The notes under the pieces were generated by a model that worked only from the letters and a program-made list of their open reading frames with translations, searched no databases and was not told the origin of the DNA. A stretch of DNA of 64,000 nt. Origin: Eledone cirrhosa (lineage: Eukaryota). The position numbers and the translations under genes are program-made. Shown in pieces: positions 26,001-44,000 of the stretch (its first letter is position 1; every line of letters starts with the position of its first letter). Location: assembly GCA_964016885.1 (NCBI GenBank), contig OZ024740.1, forward strand, positions 3,162,001-3,226,000. The letters are read 5' to 3'.

Positions 26001-29000
26001 ATTAATGCCTCACTAATACCTCACTAATACCTCACTAATACCTCACAAATACCTCACTAATACCTCACAAGACCTCACTCGACTTCACTAAACCTCATTA
26101 ATACCTCTCTTATACCTCACAATTACCTCACTAATACCTCACTAGACCTCACTAAACCTCACTAATACCTCACTAATACCTCACTAATACCTCACTAGAC
26201 CTCAATAATACCTCACTAATACCTCACTAGACCTCACTAATACCTCACTAATACCTCACTAATACCTCACTAGACCTCACTATTACCTCACTAATACCTC
26301 ACTAGACCTCACTTATACCTCACTAATACCTCACTAATAACTCACTAATACCTCACTAGACCTCACTTATATCTCACTGAAACCTCACTAGACCTCACTA
26401 ATACCTCACTAATACCTCACTAGACCTCACTAATACCTCACTAATACCTCACTAATACCTCACTAGACTTCACTAATACTTCACTAATACCTCACAAGAC
26501 CTCACTAGTACCTCACTAATACCGCACTAATACCTCACTAAATCCTACTAATATCTCACTAATCCTCACTAATAGCTCACTAGACCTCACTAGACCTCAC
26601 AAGACCTCACTAATACATCACTAATACCTCACTAGACCTCACTAATACCTCACTAGACCTCACTTATACCTCACTAGACCTCACTTATACCTCACTAATA
26701 CCTCACTAGACCTCATTAATACCTCACTAATACCTCACTAATACCTCACTAGACCTCATTAATGCCTCACTAATACCTCACTAATACCTCACTAATACCT
26801 CACTAATACCTCACTAATACCTCACTAATACCTCACTAGACCTCACTCGACTTCACTAAACCTCATTAATACCTCTCTTATACCTCACAATTACCTCACT
26901 AATACCTCACTAGACCTCACTAAACCTCACTAATACCTCACTAATACCTCACTAATACCTCACTAGACCTCACTAATACCTCACTAATACCTCACTAGAC
27001 CTAACTAATACCTCACTATACCTCACTAATACCTCACTAATACCTCACTAGACCTCACTATTACCTCACTAATACCTCACTAGACCTCACTTATACCTCA
27101 CTAATACCTCACTAATAACTCATTAATACCTCACTAGACCTCACTTATATCTCACTGAAACCTCACTAGATCTCATTAATACCTCACTAATACCTCACTA
27201 GACCTCACTAATACCTCACTAATACCTCACTAATACCTCACTAATACCTCACTAGACCTCACTAATACCTCACTAGACCTCACTTATATCTCACTGAAAC
27301 CTCACTAGACCTCACTAATACCTCACTAGACCTCACTAATACCTCTCTAATACCTCACTAGACCTCACTAATACCTCACTAATACCTCACTAATACCTCA
27401 GTAGACCTCACTAATACCTCACTAATACCTCACTAGATCTCACTTATATCTCACTGAAACCTCACTAGACCTCACTAATACCTCACTAATACCTCACTAG
27501 ACCTCACTAATACCTCACTAATACCTCACTAAAACCTCACTAGACGTCACTAATACCTCACTAGACCTCACTAATACCTCACTAATACCTCACTAGACCT
27601 CACTAATACCTCACTAATACCTCACTAGACCTCACTTATACCTCACTGAAACCTCACTAATACCTTACTAGAGCTCACTAATACCTCACTCTTACCTCAC
27701 TAATACCCCACTAATACCTCACTAGACCTCACTAATACCTCACTAATACCTCACTAATACCTCACCAATACCTCACTAGACCTCACTAATACCTCACTAG
27801 ACCTCACTAATACCTCACTAGGCCTCATTAATACCTCACTAATACCTCACTAATACCTCACTAATACCTCACTAATACCTCACTAATACCTCACTAATAT
27901 TTCACTAGACCTCACTAGACCTTACTAAACCTCACTATTACCTCACTAATACCTCAGTAATATCTCACTAATATCTCAGTAATATCTCACAGTAAGACCT
28001 CACTAATACTTGACTAATACCTTACTAATACCTCACTAGATCTTACTAATACCTTACTAATACCTCACTAATACCTAGTTAGACCTCACTAGACCTCACT
28101 AATACCTCACTAGTCTTCACTAATAACTCACTAATAGCTCACTACATCCCACTAATACCTCACTAATACCTAGCTAGACCTCACTAAACCTCACTAGACC
28201 TCACTAATACCTCACTAGACTTCACTAATACTTCACTAATACCTCACAAGACCTCACTAGTACCTCACTAATACCGCACTAATACCTCACTAAACCCTAC
28301 TAATATCTCACTAATCCTCACTAATAGCTCACTAGACCTCACTAGACCTCACTAGACCTCACTAATACCTCACTAATACCTCACTAGACCTCACTATTAC
28401 CTCACTAGACCTCACTTATACCTCACTAGACCTCACTTATACCTCACTAATACCTCACTAGACCTCATTAATACCTCACTAATACCTCACTAATACCTCA
28501 CTAATACCTCACTAATACCTCACTAATACATCACTAGACCTCACTAGACCTCACTTATACCTCACTAGACCTCACTTATACCTCACTAATACCTCACTAG
28601 ACCTCATTAATACCTCACTAATACCTCACTAATACCTCACTAATACCTCACTAGACCTCATTAATGCCTCACTAATACCTCACTAAAACCTCATTAATAC
28701 CTCTCTTATACCTCACAATTACCTCACTAATACCTCACTAGACCTCACTAAACCTCACTAATACCTCACTAATACCTCACTAATACCTCACTAGACCTCA
28801 CTAATACCTCACTAATACCTCACTAGACCTCACTAATACCTCACTATACTTCACTAATACCTCACTAATACCTCACTAGACCTCACTAATACCTCACTAA
28901 TACCTCACTAATACCTCACTAGACCTCACTATTACCTCACTAATACTTCACTAGACCTCACTTATACCTCACTAATGCCTCACTAGTACCTCACTAATAC

Positions 29001-32000
29001 CTCACTAGACCTCACTTATATCTCACTAAAACCTCACTAGACCTCACTAATACCTCACTAATACCTCACTTGACCTCACTAATACCTCACTAATACCTCA
29101 CTAATACCTCAATAGACCTCACTTATACCTCACTGAAACCTCACTAATACCTCACTAGAGCTCACTAATACCTCACTAATACCTCACTAATAACTCACCA
29201 ATACCTCACTAGACCTCACTAATACCTCACTAATACCTCACTAGACCTCATTAATACCTCACTAATACCTCACTAATACCTCACTAATACCTCACTAATA
29301 CCTCACTAATATCTCGCTAGACCTCACTAGACCTTACTAAACCTCACTATTACCTCACTAATACCTCAGTAATATCTCACTAGACCTCACTAATACTTGA
29401 CTAATACCTTACTAATACCTCACAAGATCCTACTAATACCTTACTAATACCTCACTAATACCTAGTTAGACCTCACTAGACCTCACTAATACCTCACTAA
29501 TACCTCACTAGACCTCACTAATACCTCACTAGACCTCATTAATACCTCACTAATACCTCACTAATACCTCACTAATACCTCACTAATACCTCACTAATAT
29601 CTCACTAGACCTCACTAGACCTTACTAAACCTCACTATTACCTCACTAATACCTCAGTAATATCTCACTAGACCTCACTAATACTTGACTAATACCTTAC
29701 TAATACCTCACTAGATCTTACTAATACCTCACTAATACCTAGCTAGACCTCACTAAACCTCACTAATACCTCACTAATACCTCACTAATACCTTACTAGA
29801 CCTCACTAATACCTCACTAATACCTCACTAATACCTCACTAATACCTCACTAGACCTCACTAATACCTCACTAGACCTCACTTATACCTCACTAGATCTT
29901 ACTAATACCTCACTAATACCTAGCTAGACCTCACTAAACCTCACTAATACCTCACTAATACCTCACTAATACCTCACTAATACCTCACTAGACCTCACTT
30001 ATACCTCACTAATACCTCACTAATACATCACTAATACCTCACTATACCTCACTAATACCTCACTAATACCTCACTAGACCTCACTAATACCTCACTAATA
30101 CCTCACTAGGCCTCACTAATACCTCACTAATACCTCACTAATACCTCACTAATACCTCACTAATACCTCTCTAATACCTCACTAGACCTCACTATTACCT
30201 CACTTATACCTCACTAGACCTCACTAATACCTCACTTGACCTCACTAATACCTCACTAGACCTCATTAATGCCTCACTAATACCTCACTAATACCTCACT
30301 AATACCTCACAAATACCTCACTAATACCTCACTAGACCTCACTCGACTTCACTAAACCTCATTAATACCTCTCTTATACCTCACAATTACCTCACTAATA
30401 CCTCACTAGACCTCACTAAACCTCACTAATACCTCACTAATACCTCACTAATACCTCACTAGACCTCACTAATACCTCACTAATACCTCACTAGACCTCA
30501 CTAATACCTCACTATACCTCACTAATACCTCACTAAACCTCACTAATACCTCACTAATACCTCACTAATACCTCACTAGACCTCACTATTACCTCACTAA
30601 TACCTCACTAGACCTCACTTATACCTCACTAATACCTCACTAATAACTCACTAATACCTCACTAGACCTCACTTATATCTCACTGAAACCTCACTAGACC
30701 TCACTAATACCTCACTAATACCTCACTAGACCTCACTAGACCTCACTAATACCTCACTAATACCTCACTAATACCTCACTAATACCTCACTAATACCTCA
30801 CTAGACCTCACTAATACCTCACTAGACCTCACTTATATCTCACTGAAACCTCACTAGACCTCACTAATAGCTCACTAGACCTCACTAATACCTCTCTAAT
30901 ACCTCACTAGACCTCACTAATACCTCACTAATACCTCAGTAGACCTCACTAATACCTCACTAATACCTCACTAGACCTCACTTATATCTCACTGAAACCT
31001 CACTAGACCTCACTAATACCTCACTAGACCTCACTAATACCTCACTAATACCTCACTAAAACCTCACTAGACCTCACTAATACCTCACTAGACCTCACTA
31101 ATACCTCACTAATACCTCACTAGACCTCACTAATACCTCACTAATACCTCACTAGACCTCACTAATACCTCACTAATACCTCACTAGACCTCACTAATAC
31201 CTCACTAATACCTCACTAAACCTCTCTAATACCTCACTAATACCTCACTAAACCCTCACTAGACCTCACTAATACCTCACTAGACCTCACTAATACCTCA
31301 CTAATACCTCACTAATACCTCACTAGACCTCACTAATACCTCATTAATACCTCACTAGACCTCACTAATACCTCACTTATACCTCACTGACACCTCACTA
31401 ATACCTTACTAGAGCTCACTAATACCTCACTCTTACCTCACTAATACCCCACTAATACCTCACTAGACCTCACTAATACCTCACTAATACCTCACTAATA
31501 CCTCACCAATACCTCACTAGACCTCACTAATACCTCACTAATACCTCACTAGACCTCACTAATACCTCACTAGGCCTCATTAATACCTCACTAATACCTC
31601 ACTAATACCTCACTAATACCTCACTAATACCTCACTAATACCTCACTAATATTTCACTAGACCTCACTAGACCTTACTAAACCTCACTATTACCTCACTA
31701 ATACCTCAGTAATATCTCACTAGACCTCACTAATACTTGACTAATACCTTACTAATACCTCACTAGATCTTACTAATACCTTACTAATACCTCACTAATA
31801 CCTAGTTAGACCTCACTAGACCTCACTAATACCTCACTAGTCTTCACTAATAACTCACTAATAGCTCACTACATCCCACTAATACCTCACTAATACCTAG
31901 CTAGACCTCACTAAACCTCACTAGACCTCACTAATACCTCACTAATACCTCACTAGACTTCACTAATACTTCACTAATACCTCACAAGACCTCACTAGTA

Positions 32001-35000
32001 CCTCACTAATACCGCACTAATACCTCACTAAACCCTACTAATATCTCACTAATCCTCACTAATAGCTCACTAGACCTCACTAGACCTCACTAGACCTCAC
32101 TAATACATCACTAATACCTCACTAGACCTCACTAATACCTCACTAGACCTCACTTATACCTCACTAGACCTCACTTATACCTCACTAATACCTCACTAGA
32201 CCTCATTAATGCCTCACTAATACCTCACTAATACCTCACTAATACCTCACTAATACCTCACTAATACCTCACTAATACCTCACTAGACCTCACTCGACTT
32301 CACTAAACCTCATTAATACCTCTCTTATACCTCACAATTACCTCACTAATACCTCACTAGACCTCACTAAACCTCACTAATACCTCACTAATACCTCACT
32401 AATACCTCACTAGACCTCACTAATACCTCACTAATACCTCACTAGACCTCACTAATACCTCACTATACCTCACTAATACCTCACTAACACCTCACTAGAC
32501 CTCACTATTACCTCACTAATACCTCACTAGACCTCACTTATACCTCACTAATACCTCACTAATAACTCATTAATACCTCACTAGACCTCACTTATATCTC
32601 ACTGAAACCTCACTAGACCTCATTAATACCTCACTAATACCTCACTAGACCTCACTAATACCTCACTAATACCTCACTAATACCTCACTAATACCTCACT
32701 AGACCTCACTTATACCTCACTAGACCTCACATATATCTCACTGAAACCTCGCTAGACCTCACTAATACCTCACTAGACCTCACTAATACCTCTCTAATAC
32801 CTCACTAGACCTCACTAATACCTCACTAATACCTCACTAATACCTCAGTAGACCTCACTAATACCTCACTAATACCTCACTAGATCTCACTTATATCTCA
32901 CTGAAACCTCACTAGACCTCACTAATACCTCACTAATACCTCACTAGACCTCACTAATACCTCACTAATACCTCACTAAAACCTCACTAGACGTCACTAA
33001 TACCTCACTAGACCTCACTAATACCTCACTAATACCTCACTAGACCTCACTAATACCTCACTAATACCTCACTAGACCTCACTTATACCTCACTGAAACC
33101 TCACTAATACCTTACTAGAGCTCACTAATACCTCACTAATATTTCACTAGACCTCACTAGACCTTACTAAACCTCACTATTACCTCACTAATACCTCAGT
33201 AATATCTCACTAGACCTCACTAATACTTGACTAATACCTTACTAATACCTCACTAGATCTTACTAATACCTTACTAATACCTCACTAATACCTAGTTAGA
33301 CCTCACTAGACCTCACTAATACCTCACTAGTCTTCACTAATAACTCACTAATAGCTCACTACATCCCACTAATACCTCACTAATACCTAGCTAGACCTCA
33401 CTAAACCTCACTAGACCTCACTAATACCTCACTAGACTTCACTAATACTTCACTAATACCTCACAAGACCTCACTAGTACCTCACTAATACCGCACTAAT
33501 ACCTCACTAAACCCTACTAACATCTCACTAATCCTCACTAATAGCTCACTAGACCTCACTAGACCTCACTAGACCTCACTAATACCTCACTAATACCTCA
33601 CTAGACCTCAATAATACCTCACTAGACCTCACTTATACCTCACTAGACCTCACTTATACCTCACTAATACCTCACTAGACCTCATTAATACCTCACTAAT
33701 ACCTCACTAATACCTCACTAATACCTCACTAATACCTCACTAATACATCACTAGACCTCACTAGACCTCACTTATACCTCACTAGACCTCACTTATACCT
33801 CACTAATACCTCACTAGACCTCATTAATACCTCTCTAATACCTCACTAATACCTCACTAATACCTCACTAGACCTCATTAATGCCTCACTAATACCTCAC
33901 TAAAACCTCATTAATACCTCTCTTATACCTCACAATTACCTCACTAATACCTCACTAGACCTCACTAAACCTCACTAATACCTCACTAATACCTCACTAA
34001 TACCTCACTAGACCTCACTAATACCTCACTAATACCTCACTAGACCTCACTAATACCTCACTATACTTCACTAATACCTCAATAATACCTCACTAGACCT
34101 CACTAATACCTCACTAATACCTCACTAATAACTCACTAATACCTCACTAGACCTCACTATTACCTCACTAATACTTCACTAGACCTCACTTATACCTCAC
34201 TAATGCCTCACTAATACCTCACTAATACCTCACTTGACCTCACTAATACCTCACTAATACCTCACTAATACCTCACTAATACCTCACTAGACCTCACTAA
34301 TACCTCACTAATACCTCACTAATACCTCACTAGACCTCACTTATATCTCACTGAAATCTCACTAGACCTCACTAACACCTCACTAGACCTCACTAATACC
34401 TCACTAATACCTCACTAGACCTCACTAATACCTCACTAATACCTCACTAGACCTCACTAATACCTCAATAATACCTCACTAATACCTCACTAGACCTCAC
34501 TTATACCTCACTGAAACCTCACTAATACCTCACTAGAGCTCACTAATACCTCACTAATACCTCACTAATACCTCACTAGACCTCACTAATACCTCACTAA
34601 TACCTCACTAATAACTCACCGATACCTCACTAGACCTCACTAATACCTCACTAATACCTCACTAGACCTCATTAATACCTCACTAATACCTCACTAATAC
34701 CTCACTAATACCTCACTAATACCTCACTAATATCTCGCTAGACCTCACTAGACCTTACTAAACCTCACTATTACCTCACTAATACCTCAGTAATATCTCA
34801 CTAGACCTCACTAATACTTGACTAATACCTTACTAATACCTCACAAGATCCTACTAATACCTTACTAATACCTCACTAATACCTAGTTAGACCTCACTAG
34901 ACCTCACTAATACCTCACTAATACCTCACTAATACCTCACCAATACCTCACTAGACCTCACTAATACCTCACTAATACCTCACTAGACCTCACTAATACC

Positions 35001-38000
35001 TCACTAGACCTCATTAATACCTCACTAATACCTCACTAATACCTCACTAATACCTCACTAATACCTCACTAATACCTCACTAATATCTCACTAGACCTCA
35101 CTAGACCTTACTAAACCTCACTATTACCTCACTAATACCTCAGTAATATCTCACTAGACCTCACTAATACTTGACTAATACCTTACTAATACCTCACTAG
35201 ATCTTACTAATACCTCACTAATACCTAGCTAGACCTCACTAAACCTCACTAATACCTCACTAATACCTCACTAATACCTTACTAGACCTCACTAATACCT
35301 CACTAATACCTCACTAATACCTCACTAATACCTCACTAGACCTCACTAATACCTCACTAGACCTCACTTATACCTCACTAGATCTTACTAATACCTCACT
35401 AATACCTAGCTAGACATCACTAAACCTCACTAATACCTCACTAATACCTCACTAATACCTCACTAATACCTCACTAGACCTCACTACACCTCACTAAACC
35501 TCATTAATACCTCTCTTATACCTCACAATTACCTCACTAATACCTCACTAGACCTCACTAAACCTCACTAATACCTCACTAATACCTCACTAATACCTCA
35601 CTAGACCTCACTAATACCTCACTAATACCTCACTAGACCTCACTAATACCTCACTATACCTCACTAATACCTCACTAATACCTTACTAGACCTCACTAAT
35701 ACCTCACTAATACCTCACTAATACCTCACTAATACCTCACTAGACCTCACTAATACCTCACTAGACCTCACTTATACCTCACTAATACCTCCCTAGACCT
35801 CACTTATATCTCACTGAAACCTCACTAGACCTCACTAATACCTCACTAATACCTCACTAGACCTCACTAATACCTCACTAATACCTCACTAATACCTCAC
35901 TAGACCTCACTAATACCTCACTAATACCTCACTAATACCTCACTAGACCTCACTAATACCTCACTAATACCTCACTAGACCTCACTTATATCTCACTGAA
36001 ACCTCACTAGACCTCACTAATACCTCACTAATACCTCACTAATACCTCACTAGACCGCACTAATACCTCACTAGACCTCACTAATACCTCACTAATACGT
36101 CACTAATACCTCACTAGACCTCACTAATACCTCACTAATACCTCACTAGACCTCACTTATACCTCACTGAAACCTCACTAATACCTCACTAGAGCTCACT
36201 AATACCTCACTAATACCTCACTAATACCTCACTAATACCTCACTAGACCTCACTAATACCTCACTAATACCTCACCAATACCTCACTAGACCTCACTAAT
36301 ACCTCACTAATACCTCACTAGACCTCACTAATACCTCACTAGACCTCATTAATACCTCACTAATACCTCACTAATACCTCACTAATACCTCACTAATACC
36401 TCACTAATACCTCACTAATATCTCACTAGACCTCACTAGACCTTACTAAACCTCACTATTACCTCACTAATACCTCAGTAATATCTTACTAGACCTCACT
36501 AATACTTGACTAATCCCTTACTAATACCTCACTAGATCTTACTAATACATTAGTAATACCTCACTAATACCTAGTTAGACCTCACTAGACCTCACTAATA
36601 CCTCACTAGTCTTCACTAATAACTCACTAATAGCTCACTACATCCCACTAATACCTAGCTAGACCTCACTAAACCTCACTAGACCTCACTAATACTTCAC
36701 TAATACCTCACAAGACCTCACTAGTACCTCACTAATACCGCACTAATACCTCACTAAACCCTACTAATATCTCACTAATCCTCACTAATAGCTCACTAGA
36801 CCTCACTAGACCTCACTAGACCTCACTAATACCTCACTAATACCTCACTAGACCTCACTAATACCTCACTAGACCTCACTTATACCTCACTAGACCTCAC
36901 TTATACCACACTAATACCTCACTCGACCTCATTAATACCTCACTAATACCTCACTAATACCTCACTAATACCTCACTAATACCTCACTAGACCTCATTAA
37001 TGCCTCACTAATACCTCACTAATACCTCACTAATACCTCACTAATACCTCACTAGACCTCACTAGACCTCACTAAACCTCATTAATACCTCTCTTATACC
37101 TGACAATTACCTCACTAATACCTCACTAGACCTCACTAAACCTCACTAATACCTCACTAGACCTCACTAATACCTCACTAGACCTCACTAATACCTCACT
37201 AATACCTCACTAATACCTCACTAATACCTCACTAGACCTCACTAATACCTCACTAATACCTCACTAGACCTCACTAATACCTCACTAATACCTCACTAAT
37301 ACCTCACTAGACCTCACTAATACCTCACTAATACCTACCTCACTATACTTCACTAATACCTCACTAATACCTCACTAGACCTCACTAATACCTCACTAAT
37401 ACCTCACTAATACCTCACTAATACCTCACTAGACCTCACTATTACCTCACTAATACCTCACTAGACCTCACTTATACCTCACTAATACCTCACTAATACC
37501 TAACTAGACCTCACGTATATCTCACTGAAACCTCACTAATACCTCACTAGAGCTCACTAATACCTCACTAATACCTCACTAATACCTCACTAGATCTCAC
37601 TAATACCTCACTAATACCTCACTAATACCTCACTAGACCTCACTAATACCTCACTAATACCTCACTAATACCTCACTAGACCTCATTAATACCTCACTAA
37701 TACCTCACTAATACCTCACTAATACCTCACTAATACCTCACTAGACCTCACTAGACCTTACTAAACCTCACTAATACCTCACTATTACCTCACTAATACC
37801 TCAGTAATATCTCACTAGACCTCACTAATACTTGACTAATACCTTACTAATACTTCACTAGATCTTACTAATACCTTACTAATACCTCACTAATACCTAG
37901 TTAGACCTCACTAGACCTCACTAATACCTCACTAGTCTCCACTAATAACTCACTAATAGCTCACTACATCCCACTAATACCTCACTAATACCTCACTACT

Positions 38001-41000
38001 ACCTCAATAGACATCATTAATACCACACTAATACCTCACTAGACCTCACTAATACCTCACTAATACCTCACTAATACCTCACTAGTACCTCACTAGACCT
38101 CACTAATACCTCACTAATACCTCACTAATACCTCACTAGACCTCACTAATACCTCACTAATACCCCACTATTACCTCACTAATACCTCACTAGACCTTAC
38201 TAATACCTCACTAATACCTCACTAGACCTCACTAAAACCTCACTAATACCTCACTAGACCTCACTTATACCTCACTAATACTTCACGATACCTCACTAAT
38301 ACCTCACTAGACCTCACTAATACCTCACTAATACGTCACTAATACCTCTCTAATACCTCACTAGACCTCACTATTACCTCACTAATACCTCACTAGACCT
38401 CACTTATACCTCACTAATACCTCACTAATACCTCACTATACCTCACTAATACCTCACTAATACCTCACTAGACCTCACTAATACCTCACTAATACCTCAC
38501 TAGGCCTCACTAATACCTCACTAATACCTCACTAATACCTCACTAATACCTCACTAATACCTCTCTAATACCTCACTAGACCTCACTATTACCTCACTTA
38601 TACCTCACTAGACCTCACTAATACCTCACTAGACCTCACTAATACCTCACTAGACCTCATTAATGCCTCACTAATACCTCACTAATACCTCACTAATACC
38701 TCACAAATACCTCACTAATACCTCACTAGACCTCACTCGACCTCACTAAACCTCATTAATACCTCTCTTATACCTCACAATTACCTCACTAATACCTCAC
38801 TAGACCTCACTAAACCTCACTAATACCTCACTATACCTCACTAATACCTCACTAATACCTCACTAGACCTCACTAATACCTCACTAATACCTCACTAGGC
38901 CTCACTAATACCTCACTAATACCTCACTAATACCTCACTAGACCTCACTAATACCTCACTAATACCTCACTAGACCTCACTAATACCTCACTATACCTAA
39001 CTAATACCTCACTAATACCTCACTAGACCTCACTATTACCTCACTAATACCTCACTAGACCTCACTTATGCCTCACTAATACCTCACTAATACCTCACTA
39101 GACCTCACTAATACCTCACTAATACCTCACTAGACCTCACTAATACCTCACTAATACCTCACTAATACCTCACTAGACCTCACTAATACCTCACTAAAAC
39201 CTCACTAGACCTCACTAATACCTCACTAGACCTCACTAATACCTCACTAATACCTCACTAATATCTCACTGAAACCTCACTAGACCTCACTAATACCTCA
39301 CTAGACCTCACTAATACATCTCTAATACCTCACTAGACCTCACTAATACCTCACTAATAACTCACTAATACCTCACTAGACCTCACTTATATCTCACTGA
39401 AACCTCACTAGACCTCACTAATACCTCACTAATACCTCACTAGACCTCACTAATACCTCACTAATACCTCACTAATACCTCACTAATACCTCACTAGACC
39501 TCACTAATACCTCACTAATACCTCACTAATACCTCACTAATACCTCACTAATACCTCTCTAATACCTCACTAGACCTCACTATTACCTCACTTATACCTC
39601 ACTAGACCTCACTAATACCTCACTAGACCTCACTAATACCTCACTAGACCTCATTAATGCCTCACTAATACCTCACTAATACCTCACTAATACCTCACAA
39701 ATACCTCACTAATACCTCACTAGACCTCACTCGACCTCACTAAACCTCATTAATACCTCTCTTATACCTCACAATTACCTCACTAATACCTCACTAGACC
39801 TCACTAAACCTCACTAATACCTCACTATACCTCACTAATACCTCACTAATACCTCACTAGACCTCACTAATACCTCACTAATACCTCACTAGGCCTCACT
39901 AATACCTCACTAATACCTCACTAATACCTCACTAGACCTCACTAATACCTCACTAATACCTCACTAGACCTCACTAATACCTCACTATACCTAACTAATA
40001 CCTCACTAATACCTCACTAGACCTCACTATTACCTCACTAATACCTCACTAGACCTCACTTATGCCTCACTAATACCTCACTAATACCTCACTAGACCTC
40101 ACTAATACCTCACTAATACCTCACTAGACCTCACTAATACCTCACTAATACCTCACTAATACCTCACTAGACCTCACTAATACCTCACTAAAACCTCACT
40201 AGACCTCACTAATACCTCACTAGACCTCACTAATACCTCACTAATACCTCACTAATATCTCACTGAAACCTCACTAGACCTCACTAATACCTCACTAGAC
40301 CTCACTAATACATCTCTAATACCTCACTAGACCTCACTAATACCTCACTAATAACTCACTAATACCTCACTAGACCTCACTTATATCTCACTGAAACCTC
40401 ACTAGACCTCACTAATACCTCACTAATACCTCACTAGACCTCACTAATACCTCACTAATACCTCACTAATACCTCACTAATACCTCACTAGACCTCACTA
40501 ATACCTCACTAATACCTCACTAATATCTCACTGAAACCTCACTAGACCTCACTAATACCTCACTAGACCTCACTAATACATCTCTAATACCTCACTAGAC
40601 CTCACTAATAGCTCACTAATACCTCACTAATACCTCACTAGACCTCACTAATACCTCACTAATACCTCACTAGACCTCACTAATACCTCACTAATACCTC
40701 ACTAATACCTCACTAGACCTCACTAATACCTCACTAAAACCTCACTAGACCTCACTAATACCTCACTAGACCTCACTAATACCTCACTAATAACTCACTA
40801 ATACCTCACTAGACCTCACTAATACCTCACTAATACCTCACTAGACCTCACTTATACCTCACTAATACCTCACTAATACCTCACTAATACCTCACTAATA
40901 CCTCACTAATACCTCACTAGACCTCACTAATACCTCACTAATACCTCACTAATACCTCACTAATACCTCACTAGACCTCACTAATACCTCACTAATACCT

Positions 41001-44000
41001 CACTAATACCTCACTAATACCTCACTAATACCTCACTAATACCTCAGTAATATCTCACTAGACCTCACTAATACTTGACTAATACCTTACTAATACCTCA
41101 CTAGCTCTTACTAATACCTTACTAATACCTCACTAATACCTAGTTAGACCTCACTAGACCTCAGTAATACCTCACTAGTCTTCACTAATAACTCACTAAT
41201 AGCTCACTACATCCCACTAATACCTCACTAATACCTAGCTAGACCTCACTAATACCGCACTAATACCTCACTAAACCCTACTAATATCTCACTAATCCTC
41301 ACTAATAGCTCACTAGACTTCACTAGACCTCACTAGACCTCACTAGACCTCACTAATACCTCACTAGACCTCATTAATACCTCACTAATACCTCACTAAT
41401 ACCTCACTAATACCTCACTAATACCTCACTAGACCTCATTAATGCCTCACTAATACCTCACTAATACCTCACTAATACCTCACTAATACCTCACTAATAC
41501 CTCACTAATACCTCACTAGACCTCACTAGACCTCACTAAACCTCATTAATACCTCTCTTATACCTCACAATTACCTCACTAATACCTCACTAGACCTCAC
41601 TAAACCTCACTAATACCTCACTAGACCTCACTAATACCTCACTAGACCTCACTAATACCTCACTAATACCTCACTAATGCCTCTCTAATACCTCACTAGA
41701 CCTCACTAATACCTCACTAATACCTCACTAGACCTCACTAATACCTCACTAATACCTCACTAGACCTCACTTATACCTCACTAATACATCACTATACTTC
41801 ACTAATACCTCACTAATACCTCACTAGACCTCACTAATACCTCACTAATACCTCACTAATACCTCACTAATACCTCACTATACCTCACTAATACCTCACT
41901 AATACCTCACTAGACCTCACTAATACCTCACTAATACCTCATTAGACCTCACTAATACCTCACTAATACCTCACTAATACCTCAGTAATACCTCACTAGA
42001 CCTCACTAGACCTTACTAAACCTCACTAATACCTCACTAATACCTCACTATTACCTCACTAATACCTCAGTAATATCTCACTAGACCTCACTAATACTTG
42101 ACTAATACCTTACTAATACCTCACTAGATCTTACTAATACCTTACTAATACCTCACTAATACCTAGTTAGACCTCACTAGACCTCACTAATACCTCACTA
42201 GTCTCCACTAATAACTTACTAATAGCTCACTACATCCCACTAATACCTCACTAATACCTCACTAATACCTCACTAGACATCACTAATACCACACTAATAC
42301 CTCACTAGACCTCACTTATACCTCACTAATGCCTCACTAATACCTCACTAATACCTCACTAGACCTCACTTATATCTCACTAAAACCTCACTAGACCTCA
42401 CTAATACCTCACTAATACCTCACTTGACCTCACTAATACCTCACTAATACCTCACTAATACCTCACTAATACCTCACTAGACCTCACTAATACCTCACTA
42501 ATACCTCACTAATACCTCACTAGACCTCACTTATATCTCACTGAAATCTCACTAGACCTCACTAACACCTCACTAGACCTCACTAATACCTCACTAATAC
42601 CTCACTAGACCTCACTAATACCTCACTAATACCTCACTAGACCTCACTAATACCTCAATAATACCTCACTAATACCTCACTAGACCTCACTTATACCTCA
42701 CTGAAACCTCACTAATACCTCACTAGAGCTCACTAATACCTCACTAATACCTCACTAATACCTCACTAGACCTCACTAATACCTCACTAATACCTCACTA
42801 ATAACTCACCGATACCTCACTAGACCTCACTAATACCTCACTAATACCTCACTAGACCTCATTAATACCTCACTAATACCTCACTAATACCTCACTAATA
42901 CCTCACTAATACCTCACTAATATCTCGCTAGACCTCACTAGACCTTACTAAACCTCACTATTACCTCACTAATACCTCAGTAATATCTCACTAGACCTCA
43001 CTAATACTTGACTAATACCTTACTAATACCTCACAAGATCCTACTAATACCTTACTAATACCTCACTAATACCTAGTTAGACCTCACTAGACCTCACTAA
43101 TACCTCACTAATACCTCACTAATACCTCACCAATACCTCACTAGACCTCACTAATACCTCACTAATACCTCACTAGACCTCACTAATACCTCACTAGACC
43201 TCATTAATACCTCACTAATACCTCACTAATACCTCACTAATACCTCACTAATACCTCACTAATACCTCACTAATATCTCACTAGACCTCACTAGACCTTA
43301 CTAAACCTCACTATTACCTCACTAATACCTCAGTAATATCTCACTAGACCTCACTAATACTTGACTAATACCTTACTAATACCTCACTAGATCTTACTAA
43401 TACCTCACTAATACCTAGCTAGACCTCACTAAACCTCACTAATACCTCACTAATACCTCACTAATACCTTACTAGACCTCACTAATACCTCACTAATACC
43501 TCACTAATACCTCACTAATACCTCACTAGACCTCACTAATACCTCACTAGACCTCACTTATACCTCACTAGATCTTACTAATACCTCACTAATACCTAGC
43601 TAGACCTCACTAAACCTCACTAATACCTCACTAATACCTCACTAATACCTCACTAATACCTCACTAGACCTCACTACACCTCACTAAACCTCATTAATAC
43701 CTCTCTTATACCTCACAATTACCTCACTAATACCTCACTAGACCTCACTAAACCTCACTAATACCTCACTAATACCTCACTAATACCTCACTAGACCTCA
43801 CTAATACCTCACTAATACCTCACTAGACCTCACTAATACCTCACTATACCTCACTAATACCTCACTAATACCTTACTAGACCTCACTAATACCTCACTAA
43901 TACCTCACTAATACCTCACTAATACCTCACTAGACCTCACTAATACCTCACTAGACCTCACTTATACCTCACTAATACCTCCCTAGACCTCACTTATATC